64,000 bases of DNA. Source: a phage. The notes beneath the pieces were generated by a model. It had not been told where the DNA came from, did not search any database, and was given only the letters and a program-made list of their open reading frames with translations. Shown here in pieces: positions 1 to 13,421 of the stretch. The DNA lies in sequence record PZ738962.1. One strand, given 5' to 3'. A program made the translations under genes and the position numbers. The stretch's first letter is position 1. Each line of letters opens with the position of its first letter.

Positions 1-40
1 TCAAGAGTCTGGCATTAAACTATATCATAAGGGTGCGCTA

Positions 41-1810
41 ATGATTGAACAATTAAACATCCACGAGATCCCACATGTTGACGGTGTACCAAGCGAAGGA
101 CAGCACCGTATTAACTGGATCAAGAATGGCGAATGTTTAAGCGCAGCAACGACACAGACTGGCAATGACGGGACGCTTAACCGCGCCCCGGTTGCAATTC
201 AAGAAAACGTTGCACGCGTAAACGAAAACGCAAAATCAACCGTCGCTAAAGTTAACGAGGTTGTAACGGCGGTTAACGATATTAAAACAACTTTAGGGGT
301 AATTTCTGACGGAAGTATCATTGATGTGGTTAACCAGACTGTCGCAAAAGTTGAATCCGTCGAAGATAACTTAGGAGAAACAGCAAGAACTCTACAAACA
401 ACGGTAGACGCTGTATCAGAACTTAACATCAAGATTGGTGATCGCCCCGCTGCCGATCCTAGCACAAGAACAATCTATGATGACATTTCTTTCATCAAAC
501 AAGAAATGGGTTCTTATCCTAACTTTAATATCAATGGTTCCCCTGATGCTGGCAGTTCCGGTTCTGGCATCAAATACCGAGTTATTCAGAATACCGCAGC
601 ATTAAATGACCACGGTCGCCGAATCATTCAGCTTGAAAACGACTGGCAAGATTCTGACGTAGGCGAGTTAACAAAACAAGTTAACAAAATGCGCAGTGAG
701 ATCGGCGACACGTCTCTTGCAACACAAGAAAATGTGTATGTTCGTCTCCGCACCAACGCAAGAAACATTGCTAACTTATCAAACGAAGTTCTAGAAGTCA
801 AGAAAGCAATTTTGTTTGATTCAATCCCTGATATCGGGACTAAAGTCACTACGCTGGAAACTAATTATGAACGTCTAAACAATGATGTTAATGGTGTAGA
901 TTCCGGTATTCGTCCTCGTCTTCTGGCTGTCGAGAATAAGATCGGAACGCCTCAATCGGCTGGAAGCATTGATTATCGATTAACCAACACAGAGCGAGAA
1001 TTTTTAGATCTTAAACAGGTTGTTGGTGTAAGCGGTGCTGACGGTTTGCGCGGTGAAGTTGTTCGACTTTCCAATGAGATTGGCACTGACAGCGATCGAC
1101 ATACTCTAGCCGGACGTATTAAAGTTGTAGAAAACACTCAGGGTCGGTTAGAAGCAAGCGTACAGGACATGGAACAGATTGTAGGTGATCGCGAATCAGG
1201 TTTGACCGCTGGCGTTATTAAACTATCAAGTGATATCTATGGCGATGATGGTTCAGAAGATCCATTTACTCAGAAAGGCGTGATTAAAATCGTCAAAGAG
1301 CTACAAACATCTAACGGAAACAAAGTAGATGATGTACCTGATGACGGTTTCCATTATCTGCGTAAGCGCGGAGAATGGGTGCAAGTTGCATATGCTGCTG
1401 GAGCATTTAAAAATACCGCAGATATTACGGTTGAACTGGACGAACAGGATGTTTATAAACCGATTCCGCTTAACGACATGGCGGAAGAAGTTAATGCGCG
1501 TCAAATGGTGAAAAGTGAATCTGTTATTACCGTTCAGGACAAAGGTTTATTCCGTTGTGTATTCCGTTGTGCTGTACAAGCTCAACATAATGCAACATTC
1601 ATTGTTGCGATTTTCAAAAATGGACAGATGATACATGAAGCGAAAAATGGTCATTACGGCACAGACGAATTGATCAGCTATTCTACCAGTGCTTTCCTAA
1701 ATATTGAAAAGGGCGATCAGATTAACATCCGTATTAAGGGTGTATCTGCCGAAGCAGTAGCACAGCCAGTACAAATTAAAGAGTTCCTCTTTGGGATTTC
1801 TCCGGTATAA
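41..1810 (+). CDS. wac: fibritin (whisker/neck fibre) with foldon-like motif and extra C-terminal domain
   Basis: 589 aa; N-terminus ...PHVDGVPSEGQHRINWIKNGE resembles T4 Wac N-terminus (recalled); foldon-like GFHYLRKRGEWV; about 140 aa follow the foldon; position upstream of gene 13. Confidence 0.7.
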   Translation: MIEQLNIHEIPHVDGVPSEGQHRINWIKNGECLSAATTQTGNDGTLNRAPVAIQENVARVNENAKSTVAKVNEVVTAVNDIKTTLGVISDGSIIDVVNQTVAKVESVEDNLGETARTLQTTVDAVSELNIKIGDRPAADPSTRTIYDDISFIKQEMGSYPNFNINGSPDAGSSGSGIKYRVIQNTAALNDHGRRIIQLENDWQDSDVGELTKQVNKMRSEIGDTSLATQENVYVRLRTNARNIANLSNEVLEVKKAILFDSIPDIGTKVTTLETNYERLNNDVNGVDSGIRPRLLAVENKIGTPQSAGSIDYRLTNTEREFLDLKQVVGVSGADGLRGEVVRLSNEIGTDSDRHTLAGRIKVVENTQGRLEASVQDMEQIVGDRESGLTAGVIKLSSDIYGDDGSEDPFTQKGVIKIVKELQTSNGNKVDDVPDDGFHYLRKRGEWVQVAYAAGAFKNTADITVELDEQDVYKPIPLNDMAEEVNARQMVKSESVITVQDKGLFRCVFRCAVQAQHNATFIVAIFKNGQMIHEAKNGHYGTDELISYSTSAFLNIEKGDQINIRIKGVSAEAVAQPVQIKEFLFGISPV

Positions 1811-1816
1811 GAAATT

Positions 1817-1840
1817 AAAGGGGCGTTAAGCCCCTTTTTC
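1817..1840 (+). terminator. GC hairpin (ggggc-gttaa-gcccc) plus T-run downstream of wac
   Basis: stem-loop followed by TTTTT read directly. Confidence 0.5.
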
Positions 1841-1856
1841 GTTTATAGGTGATATT

Positions 1857-2789
1857 ATGTCAGGATATGTAACCAATAACCCAAGAGAATTAAAAGACGC
1901 TATTCTGCGTCGTTTAGGCGCACCAGTAATTAACGTAGAAGTAACAGAAGACCAGATTTACGATTGTATTCAGAGAGCATTAGAACTCTATGGGGAATAT
2001 CATTTCGATGGTGTGAATAAAGGATATAAAGTATTTCGTGTTAGTGCAGAGCAAGCTCAACACGGGGTATTTGATTTGAGCGATTCTGGAGTATTCGCAG
2101 TAACTAAAATAATTCGAACAAACGTAGGTAGCGCGGCTACGATGGATGGTACTGCCGTTTATCCGTGGTTTACCGACTTTCTGTTGGGTTTAGCTGGTGT
2201 AAATGGCGGTTTAGGATCTGGCTGTAGTAAATTTTATGGTCCAAATGCAATGGGTGGTGATCTAGGATATTTCGAACAGCTTATGAGCTATCGAGCCACT
2301 ATGCAAAATATGCTTAATCCTCTTCCCGATTACTGGTATAACAGCGCAAACGGACAACTTAAGATTACAGGAAACTTCCGAGAAGGTGATCTCATTGTTG
2401 TTGAATTATATGTTAAAAGCTATGTAGACGTTCCTGATATGATCGGCGCGGTTGCTGGTTATGCTCATGCTGGAGGATGTTCTACCGCTGGCGGGATTAG
2501 CGCCGTTTATGATAATCCAACTGCTGGTTTAAGCGGGATTGTTGCTGGCATGGGACCAATCAGTGAGAACAAACAGGGCGCATATAATAACCGTTGGGTG
2601 AAAGATATGGCTACCGCCTTCACTAAGGAGGTTTGGGGGTCCATCATGGCTAAACATCAAGGTCTGCAATTACCCGGTGGTGTCACTGTTGATGGTATCC
2701 GAATCATTGAAGAAGCACGCGCCGACATTGAGAAATTGCGACAAGAACTAGAATTATTAGATCCTCCGTTCGGCATCCTCATGATTTGA
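1857..2789 (+). CDS. 13: neck protein gp13
   Basis: 310 aa; MSGY...[44 protein letters not shown] and C-terminal LLDPPFGIL match recalled T4 gp13. Confidence 0.85.
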   Translation: MSGYVTNNPRELKDAILRRLGAPVINVEVTEDQIYDCIQRALELYGEYHFDGVNKGYKVFRVSAEQAQHGVFDLSDSGVFAVTKIIRTNVGSAATMDGTAVYPWFTDFLLGLAGVNGGLGSGCSKFYGPNAMGGDLGYFEQLMSYRATMQNMLNPLPDYWYNSANGQLKITGNFREGDLIVVELYVKSYVDVPDMIGAVAGYAHAGGCSTAGGISAVYDNPTAGLSGIVAGMGPISENKQGAYNNRWVKDMATAFTKEVWGSIMAKHQGLQLPGGVTVDGIRIIEEARADIEKLRQELELLDPPFGILMI

Positions 2790-2825
2790 TTTATTGGGGG
2801 ACTATTCCCCCATTTGGAGTAACAT

Positions 2826-3566
2826 ATGTTTAACAACACTCTTTTTGCTCGCCTTGAATCGCAAAAGGATTATGAGAATACACGACAAACAGAGATTCTC
2901 AATCCTTATGTTAACTTTCACAAATATACAAATACTCAGACGTTAGCCGACGTTATGGTCGCCGAAGCTATTCAGATGCGAGGTGTAGAATTATATTACA
3001 TCCCTCGTGAATTTGTCAAACCAGATATGATCTTTGGTGAGGATGTTCAAAGCAAATTTACTAAAGCATGGAAATTTGCGGCTTATATTAACTCATTTGA
3101 TGGGTATGAAGGAGCGGGTAATTTCTTCTCTAGTTTCGGGTATCAAGCTAATGATGAATTAACTTTTACGGTTAACCCCAACCTATTCAAGCATCAAGTA
3201 GATGATCAAGAGCCAAAATCAGGTGACTTAATTTATATTCCAATGAGTAATGATTTATTTGAAATTAATTACGTTGAGCCATATCAGCCGTTTTTTCAGG
3301 CTGGCAAAAATGCCATGCGTAAAATTATTGCAGAGAAATTCGTGTATAGCGGTGAGGAATTGCGACCAGAATTACAACGCAATGAGGGAATTAATGTTGA
3401 TGAGTTTGCGGATCTGGATCTTGCACCGATCACTAATCTGGACGGGTTAACAGATATCAACCTAGATCAGTACAAAGAAGATAAGCAATTCAGAAGCGAA
3501 GGACAAGATTTTATTGATCCGTTTGATCCTATTAATGGCAAGGGTTCACCTTTCGCCGATTTTTGA
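2826..3566 (+). CDS. 14: neck protein gp14
   Basis: 246 aa; synteny after gene 13; N-terminus LFARLE...NPYVN resembles T4 gp14. Confidence 0.7.
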   Translation: MFNNTLFARLESQKDYENTRQTEILNPYVNFHKYTNTQTLADVMVAEAIQMRGVELYYIPREFVKPDMIFGEDVQSKFTKAWKFAAYINSFDGYEGAGNFFSSFGYQANDELTFTVNPNLFKHQVDDQEPKSGDLIYIPMSNDLFEINYVEPYQPFFQAGKNAMRKIIAEKFVYSGEELRPELQRNEGINVDEFADLDLAPITNLDGLTDINLDQYKEDKQFRSEGQDFIDPFDPINGKGSPFADF

Positions 3567-3606
3567 TAAATACTTGTATTGATATAATATAAGGATCTAA
3601 TGACTT

Positions 3607-4362
3607 ATGAAAAACTATTATCTATACGAAATAAAGAACAATATAAATGGTAAGATATATGTTGGCATTCGTGGGTATGATGGTGACATAAGTCAAGATC
3701 CTTATATGGGTAGTGGATTGACTCTTAAGAGGTCTATTAAAAAGAACGGGATAGAAAACTTCACAAAAACAATTCTCAAAACGTTTGACTCATGGAAAGA
3801 GGCAAGGAAAGCAGAAAGAGAAATAGTTACAGAGGAATTTGTAAAAAGAGAAGATACCTATAATGTTTCGGTTGGTGGACAAGGTGGAAATACTCACGCT
3901 GGGATGAGCGAAGAACGAAGAAAACTTGCAAGCGAAAGACACGCAGAAGCAAACCGAAATAGAGTATGGAAGCAAGAATCTAGAGATAAGGTTAGCGCAA
4001 GATTCAAAGGTCATAAGCTATCACAGAAGCAGATAGACGCGCTAAAGAAGGCAAACACAGGAAGAAAGTTCACAGAAGAACACAAGTTCAAAATAGGTAA
4101 AACGTGGCGAGGAAAGAAACGACCAGATATAGGAGAGAAGGTTGCGGCAAAATTAACAGGGAGAAAACTACCCCCAGAACATGTGGCAGCAATAACGCAA
4201 AATACACCGAGAGGAAAACAACACTTTAGGGCAAAAAGATTCTTCATCGACGATATGGAATTTTATATTTTGAGTGACGCAGCTAAAATGTTTGGTATAA
4301 GTTATAAAACGGTTAAAGCTAGACTTCTCTCAGATAAGTTTCCTACATGGAGATATGAATAA
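3607..4362 (+). CDS. GIY-YIG homing endonuclease (Seg-like), free-standing between genes 14 and 15
   Basis: 251 aa; N-terminal YLYEIKNNINGKIYVGIRG (GIY...YIG-like); internal KFTEEHKFKIGKTWRGKKRP / KLTGRKLPPEHVAAIT repeat motifs; C-terminal helix-turn-helix-like tail; no T4 gene at this position. Confidence 0.65.
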   Translation: MKNYYLYEIKNNINGKIYVGIRGYDGDISQDPYMGSGLTLKRSIKKNGIENFTKTILKTFDSWKEARKAEREIVTEEFVKREDTYNVSVGGQGGNTHAGMSEERRKLASERHAEANRNRVWKQESRDKVSARFKGHKLSQKQIDALKKANTGRKFTEEHKFKIGKTWRGKKRPDIGEKVAAKLTGRKLPPEHVAAITQNTPRGKQHFRAKRFFIDDMEFYILSDAAKMFGISYKTVKARLLSDKFPTWRYE

Positions 4363-5196
4363 ATGTTTTCACATTTTTACAATTCGTCAATTAGACGGTA
4401 TATTGTATTGCTGGGTAATTTATTCTCCGGTGTACAAATTAAAAGGGTGCGTAGCGACGGTGAGCGTTTTATTAAAGTTCCTATCACCTACGCAAAGAAA
4501 GAAAAATTCATGATGAGTCTGGACAAATATAACAATATCTCAAGTGAGGAAGACGTAGCAAAGGTAGAAACTATTTTACCGCGTATGTGTCTTTCTTTGA
4601 TTGATATGACATACGCCCAGAACTTTAAAACCAATATTGCAAATAAGACAGTACCAAAATATACGGCTGATGGAATCAGGAGCGTAACACAATATAATCC
4701 TGTACCATATAAGTTTACTTTCGAGTTAGGGATTTATACGCGTAACGAAGATGATATGTTTCAAATAATTGAACAGATTCTTCCTTACTTCCAGCCTCAT
4801 TTTAACTGTAAGATTAAAGAACTACACGGTAATGATGTATGGATTGATCGAGATATTCAGGTCACAATTAGTTCTATTACTCCAGATGAACAGGTAGGCG
4901 AAGATAAGTTTTCTCGTCGTCGTCTTGAGTGGACCATTATGTTCGAATTTATCGGGTTTATATATCCTCCAGCTACCGACGTTAAGGGGGAAATCAGAAC
5001 GATTTATCTTGATTTTCATGCCAATTCTCGTGAATTGAATCCTAGCGGTAATTTTGAATCAGTGGATCACGAGGTCGTTAAACGTGACGTCGAGCAAGAA
5101 GATTGGGACGGAACTATCAAAGAATCATATTCTAGTGATATTCCAATACCAGTTGCACCGACTCCACCGGGTCCACGTATTGTAAGAGAATTTTAA
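4363..5196 (+). CDS. 15: tail sheath stabiliser / tail completion protein gp15
   Basis: 277 aa; MF.HFYNSS.RRY...VPITYAKKE.FMM...VAKVETILPR and DMFQIIEQILPYFQPHFN match recalled T4 gp15. Confidence 0.85.
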   Translation: MFSHFYNSSIRRYIVLLGNLFSGVQIKRVRSDGERFIKVPITYAKKEKFMMSLDKYNNISSEEDVAKVETILPRMCLSLIDMTYAQNFKTNIANKTVPKYTADGIRSVTQYNPVPYKFTFELGIYTRNEDDMFQIIEQILPYFQPHFNCKIKELHGNDVWIDRDIQVTISSITPDEQVGEDKFSRRRLEWTIMFEFIGFIYPPATDVKGEIRTIYLDFHANSRELNPSGNFESVDHEVVKRDVEQEDWDGTIKESYSSDIPIPVAPTPPGPRIVREF

Positions 5197-5209
5197 GAGG
5201 TATTTTATT

Positions 5210-8520
<3,311 letters not shown>

Positions 8521-8554
8521 ATACGATAATGCATAAAAAGATGAGGAAATTCTA

Positions 8555-10558
8555 ATGACTCTATTATCACCGGGTTTCGAAACGAAAGAAACTACTCTCT
8601 CCACTACCATTGTGCAATCTGCGACTGGTCGCGCTGCACTGGTAGGTAAATTCCAATGGGGTCCAGCTTTCCAGATTATTCAAGTAACTAATGAAGTTGA
8701 ATTAGTTAATAAATTTGGTCAGCCGGATAATAACACCGCAGACTATTTCATGAGCGGGGCTAACTTCCTCCAGTATGGCAATGACCTGCGTGTTGTTCGT
8801 GTATTGAATAAAGAAAAAGCGAAAAACGCAACTGCCCTAGCTGGTAACATCGAGTTTGAAATCACAAACGAAGGTTCAAACTATGAAGTAGGCGATACCA
8901 TCAAGATTAAACATAACCGTCAAGATATTGAAACGGCTGGTAAAGTAACTAAAGTTGATGGTGATGGTAAAGTTAAGGGCGTATTTATCCCAACTGGTAA
9001 AATTATCGCTCACGCTAAAGCAATCGGTGTATATCCAGAACTTGATGGCGGTTGGACGGCAGAGTTCACTTCTTCGTCAGGTAACGGTAGTGCGGCGCTG
9101 TCAGTAACTAAAATTGTTACTGATTCCGGTCTTCTGTTAACGGATCTGGAAACTTCCCGCGCCAATATCACAAATCAGACTTTCTTGACTAAACTCCAGA
9201 AGTATGATATGCCAGCGGTAAGCGCGATCTATGCTGGTGAGATTGGCAACTCGCTGGAAGTTGAAATTCTGGCACGTAGCGCGTTCAGTGGCGCGGTAGC
9301 ACCTGAATTAACTATATATCCGTTCGGCGGAACTCGTGCCGCAGCACGCAACCTGATTCCATATGCACCGCAGAATGATAATCAATATGCATTTATTGTT
9401 CGTCGCGATGGTGTTGTGGTAGAATCCTATGTACTGTCTACTCTGAAAGGGGATAAAGACGTATACGGCAATTCTATCTACATGGACGACTTCTTTGCTC
9501 GTGGTTCTAGCCAGTACATCTATGCAACCGCTCAAGGGTGGGTAGATGGTTTCAGTGGTATTATCTCTCTTGCTGGTGGTGTTTCTGCTAACGAAGCAAC
9601 GACTGCTGGTGTTGGTGCTGATCCGTTCATCGGTGCGATGATGCAAGGTTGGGATCTGTTTGCTGAACGAGAATCTATTCACGTAAACCTGTTGATCGCT
9701 GGTGCATGTGCTGGCGAAGGCGATGCGTTCTCTACCGTACAGAAACATGCTGTTTCCATCGGCGATGAGCGTCAGGATTGCTTAGTAATGGTTTCTCCGC
9801 CGCGTAGCACTGTTGTTAATATTCCGGTGACTACCGCAATTGATAACCTGATTGCATGGCGCGAAGGTTCAGGAAACTATAATGAAAACAACATGAACAT
9901 TAATACCACTTACGCGGTTATTGATGGTAACTACAAATATCAGTATGACAAATACAACGACGTAAACCGTTGGGTTCCGTTGGCTGCTGATATTGCTGGT
10001 TTGTGCGCTCGCACTGATGCTGTATCCCAGCCGTGGATGAGTCCGGCAGGTTATAACCGTGGACAGATCATGAACGTGGTTAAACTGGCAATTGAGCCTC
10101 GCAAGGCGCACCGCGATCGTCTGTATCAGGCCGCAATTAACCCGGTAATCGGTGCTGGTGGTGAAGGGTTTATCCTGATGGGTGATAAAACCGCTACGAC
10201 TGTTCCTAGCCCGTTTGACCGCATTAACGTTCGTCGTCTGTTTAACATGCTGAAAAAGAATATCGGCGATTCAAGCAAATACAAACTGTTTGAAAACAAT
10301 GATAACTTTACTCGCGCTTCCTTCCGTATGGAGGTTTCGCAATATCTCAGCACGATTCGCTCTCTGGGTGGCATTTATGACTTCCGAGTACAATGCGACA
10401 CCACGAATAACACGCCGGATGTAATTGATCGTAACGAATTTGTTGCTAGTATGTTCATCAAACCAGCAAAATCGATCAACTATATCATGCTCAATTTCAC
10501 TGCTGTTGCAACTGGTTCTGATTTTGACGAAATTATCGGTCCAGCTAACCAGGCATAA
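8555..10558 (+). CDS. 18: tail sheath protein gp18
   Basis: 667 aa; synteny and size (T4 gp18 about 659 aa). Confidence 0.85.
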   Translation: MTLLSPGFETKETTLSTTIVQSATGRAALVGKFQWGPAFQIIQVTNEVELVNKFGQPDNNTADYFMSGANFLQYGNDLRVVRVLNKEKAKNATALAGNIEFEITNEGSNYEVGDTIKIKHNRQDIETAGKVTKVDGDGKVKGVFIPTGKIIAHAKAIGVYPELDGGWTAEFTSSSGNGSAALSVTKIVTDSGLLLTDLETSRANITNQTFLTKLQKYDMPAVSAIYAGEIGNSLEVEILARSAFSGAVAPELTIYPFGGTRAAARNLIPYAPQNDNQYAFIVRRDGVVVESYVLSTLKGDKDVYGNSIYMDDFFARGSSQYIYATAQGWVDGFSGIISLAGGVSANEATTAGVGADPFIGAMMQGWDLFAERESIHVNLLIAGACAGEGDAFSTVQKHAVSIGDERQDCLVMVSPPRSTVVNIPVTTAIDNLIAWREGSGNYNENNMNINTTYAVIDGNYKYQYDKYNDVNRWVPLAADIAGLCARTDAVSQPWMSPAGYNRGQIMNVVKLAIEPRKAHRDRLYQAAINPVIGAGGEGFILMGDKTATTVPSPFDRINVRRLFNMLKKNIGDSSKYKLFENNDNFTRASFRMEVSQYLSTIRSLGGIYDFRVQCDTTNNTPDVIDRNEFVASMFIKPAKSINYIMLNFTAVATGSDFDEIIGPANQA

Positions 10559-10592
10559 TCAGTAAATTAGCATAGATTAAAAGTTAAATCAA

Positions 10593-10617
10593 GCGGGGAG
10601 AAAATCCCCGCTCTATT
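10593..10617 (+). terminator. hairpin gcgggga-gaaaa-tccccgc downstream of gene 18
   Basis: perfect 7 bp stem read directly; weak T-tract after. Confidence 0.4.
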
Positions 10618-10631
10618 AAGGAATATCAATT

Positions 10632-11126
10632 ATGGCACTCGATTTGAATGATATTACACGCGGTTTCGAGTCTGGCGATTTTGCTCGTCCTAACCTGTTT
10701 GAAGTTGAGATCCCGTATCTGGGGCAAAACTTTAAGCTGATGTGTAAGGCTGCGACTGTCCCGGCTGCTACCGTAGAAAAAATTGCTATAGGCTATCAAA
10801 ACCGTAAAATTAACATCGCTGGCGACCGTGTATACGACGACTGGACCATCACTGTATTCAACGATGACGCACACAAGATCCGTGATGCTATCGTTGCATG
10901 GAGCGATCAGACACACGGAACTGGTTCGGCGATCACGGGTGCAACTCCTGCACAATATAAGAAACAAGCTATTGTTCGTCAACTTAACCGTAACACCGAA
11001 TCAACTAGCGAAAAAACATTGTACGGTATTTTCCCGACCAACGTTGGTGAAGTAACCCTCGATTGGGAACAAAACAACGAAGTTGAAACGTTTGAAGTTA
11101 CTTTTGCTATCGATTGGGTAGAATAA
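10632..11126 (+). CDS. 19: tail tube protein gp19
   Basis: 164 aa; synteny and size. Confidence 0.8.
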   Translation: MALDLNDITRGFESGDFARPNLFEVEIPYLGQNFKLMCKAATVPAATVEKIAIGYQNRKINIAGDRVYDDWTITVFNDDAHKIRDAIVAWSDQTHGTGSAITGATPAQYKKQAIVRQLNRNTESTSEKTLYGIFPTNVGEVTLDWEQNNEVETFEVTFAIDWVE

Positions 11127-11138
11127 ATATATTATCAT

Positions 11139-11160
11139 GCGGGGAGAAGTTCCCCGCCTA
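11139..11160 (+). terminator. hairpin gcgggga-gaagt-tccccgc downstream of gene 19
   Basis: stem-loop read directly. Confidence 0.4.
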
Positions 11161-11184
11161 ATTTCTCCCAATTCGAGGTGAATA

Positions 11185-12750
11185 ATGTTTAGTAGATTAA
11201 AAATGCTTGCGCGTTGGGCTGATTTTGACAACGACAAATACGAAGAACAAATTAAAGATAAAGCAGAGTCTATCGCCGCACCTAAAAACAATGATGGTGC
11301 TACGGAAGTAGAAATTAATGATAATTTACCTGCTAGCGCGTGGAACTCTCTTACCCAGCAATTTTACAGCACCGACCAGAAAATCAGCACAACTAAGCAA
11401 TTAGTTAACACATATCGCGGTTTGATGAATAACCATGAAGTCGAAAACGCTGTACAAAATATCGTTAACGATGCGATTGTATTTGAAGAAGGTCATGAAG
11501 TTGTTTCATTAAATCTTGAGGCGACTGGCTTTAGTGAATCTGTAAAAGAGCGCATTCATGAAGAATTTAAAGATCTTTTAAACACTATCCAGTTTGATAG
11601 GCGCGGTCAGGATATGTTCCGTCGCTGGTATGTCGATTCTCGTATTTTCTTCCATAAAATCATCGGCAAAAATCCAAAAGATGGTATCGTAGAATTACGC
11701 CAGCTTGACCCACGTAATCTTGAATATGTTCGCGAGATCATTACAGAAGACACACCGGAAGGTAAAATTTATAAAGCAACGAAAGAATATTTCATTTACA
11801 CTGTAGGCAATAGCTCTTATTGCGCAGGTGGTCAAGTATTCTCTCCTAATAGTCGCGTTAAAATCCCGCGTAGTGCTATTACATACGCTCACAGCGGCTT
11901 GATGGATTGCGATGATAAATATATCATTGGTTATTTGCATCGGGCTGTTAAGCCAGCAAACCAGCTTAAATTGTTGGAAGACGCAATGGTCGTTTATCGT
12001 ATCACGCGTGCACCGGAACGCCGAGTGTTCTTTATTGATACCGGAAACATGAACAACCGCAAGGCTGCACAGCACATGAACTCAGTGGCACAGTCTTTTA
12101 AAAACCGCGTTGTTTATGATGCGTCGACTGGTAAACTTAAAAACCAGCAAGCAAATCTATCAATGACAGAGGACTACTGGTTACAGCGTCGAGATGGTAA
12201 AGCAATCACCGACGTTACTACTTTACCCGGTGCATCCGGTATGAGTGATATCGATGATATTCGCTACTTTAACCGTAAATTGTATGAAGCGTTGCGTGTA
12301 CCATTGTCACGCAGTAATCTCTCCGATGCTAATATGGTGATCGGTGGTGACGGTTCAGAAATTACTCGCGATGAGTTGGAATTTTCGAAATTCATTAGAA
12401 CTCTGCAATCACAGTTTTCGGAAGTATTGCGCGATCCTCTGAAATATAATCTGATTCTCAAAAATGTAATTACGGAAGACGATTGGGATCGTGAAATAAA
12501 TAATATCAAGGTGGTTTTCCATCGGGACTCTTATTATACAGAAGTTAAAGACGCGGAAATTTTAGAACGTCGAATCGGTCTAATCGAACGTATTACACCT
12601 TACATTGGTAAATATTTCTCTAACCAGACAGTGATGCGTGACATTCTGAAATATACCGATGACCAGATGGACACCGAGAAGAAACAGATCGAAGAAGAAG
12701 CGAACGATCCGCGCTTTAAACAAACTCCCGATGAAATAGAGGATTTTTAA
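11185..12750 (+). CDS. 20: portal vertex protein gp20
   Basis: 521 aa; FRRWYVDSRIFFHKII, IGYLHRAVKPANQLKLLEDA, MTEDYWLQRRDGKA match recalled T4 gp20. Confidence 0.9.
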   Translation: MFSRLKMLARWADFDNDKYEEQIKDKAESIAAPKNNDGATEVEINDNLPASAWNSLTQQFYSTDQKISTTKQLVNTYRGLMNNHEVENAVQNIVNDAIVFEEGHEVVSLNLEATGFSESVKERIHEEFKDLLNTIQFDRRGQDMFRRWYVDSRIFFHKIIGKNPKDGIVELRQLDPRNLEYVREIITEDTPEGKIYKATKEYFIYTVGNSSYCAGGQVFSPNSRVKIPRSAITYAHSGLMDCDDKYIIGYLHRAVKPANQLKLLEDAMVVYRITRAPERRVFFIDTGNMNNRKAAQHMNSVAQSFKNRVVYDASTGKLKNQQANLSMTEDYWLQRRDGKAITDVTTLPGASGMSDIDDIRYFNRKLYEALRVPLSRSNLSDANMVIGGDGSEITRDELEFSKFIRTLQSQFSEVLRDPLKYNLILKNVITEDDWDREINNIKVVFHRDSYYTEVKDAEILERRIGLIERITPYIGKYFSNQTVMRDILKYTDDQMDTEKKQIEEEANDPRFKQTPDEIEDF

Positions 12751-12990
12751 ATGAAACAATTTATCGAAGCAATTAAAACTCGCGATCTAACGCTGATCGA
12801 AAAAGAATTTGATAAGATCATGGAGGCTAAAAAAGCCCAGAGCATCGAATCTCAGCGTGTCGAAATCGCATCCAGTATCATGATCGAAGGTGAAGAAGAA
12901 AAAGACCGCGATGATGAAGATATGGAAGATGAGGACGACGAAGACGAAGATCACAAAGACGATAAAAAAGACAAAGAAGACGACGAATAA
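12751..12990 (+). CDS. 67: prohead core protein gp67
   Basis: 79 aa with highly acidic C-terminal tail; synteny. Confidence 0.6.
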   Translation: MKQFIEAIKTRDLTLIEKEFDKIMEAKKAQSIESQRVEIASSIMIEGEEEKDRDDEDMEDEDDEDEDHKDDKKDKEDDE

Positions 12991-13002
12991 TAGGAAGCCA
13001 AC

Positions 13003-13410
13003 ATGATTAAAGATTTTACTCCTAAAGCTGACTTAGAAACTTTTCTGCCGGAAGCACAGGAAAAATTGGACATGTTGGCTATGTTTGAGTCAGAAGAACT
13101 ATTGAAAATCGTTGAAGGTATCTCCGAGGATGAGCCGGAACTGGCGGTAGCAATGCTGTCTATCATCGACGGAATTACTGTAAATGAAGCAATGGTTAAA
13201 CATGTAAACGCACGCGGGGAAGTTGCACGTAAGAAAGATCGCAAAACCCGTGAGCGTAATGCTTACATGACTACTGGCCTAAGCAAAGCTAAACGCCGTC
13301 AAATTGCCCGTCGTGCTGCAAAAACCAAACGTGCAAATCCATCTATCGAGCGTCATGCGGAACGTAAGCGCAAAAAAGCAATGCGTAAACGTAAGGCGTT
13401 AGGATTATAA
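13003..13410 (+). CDS. 68: prohead core protein gp68
   Basis: 135 aa with basic C-terminus; synteny. Confidence 0.6.
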   Translation: MIKDFTPKADLETFLPEAQEKLDMLAMFESEELLKIVEGISEDEPELAVAMLSIIDGITVNEAMVKHVNARGEVARKKDRKTRERNAYMTTGLSKAKRRQIARRAAKTKRANPSIERHAERKRKKAMRKRKALGL

Positions 13411-13421
13411 CAGGAAACAAC

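Noticed and set aside
2805-2820. Hairpin gggggactattccccc between genes 13 and 14 as a terminator
   Set aside because: No T-tract and sits inside a late operon immediately before the gene 14 Shine-Dalgarno; not called as a terminator.
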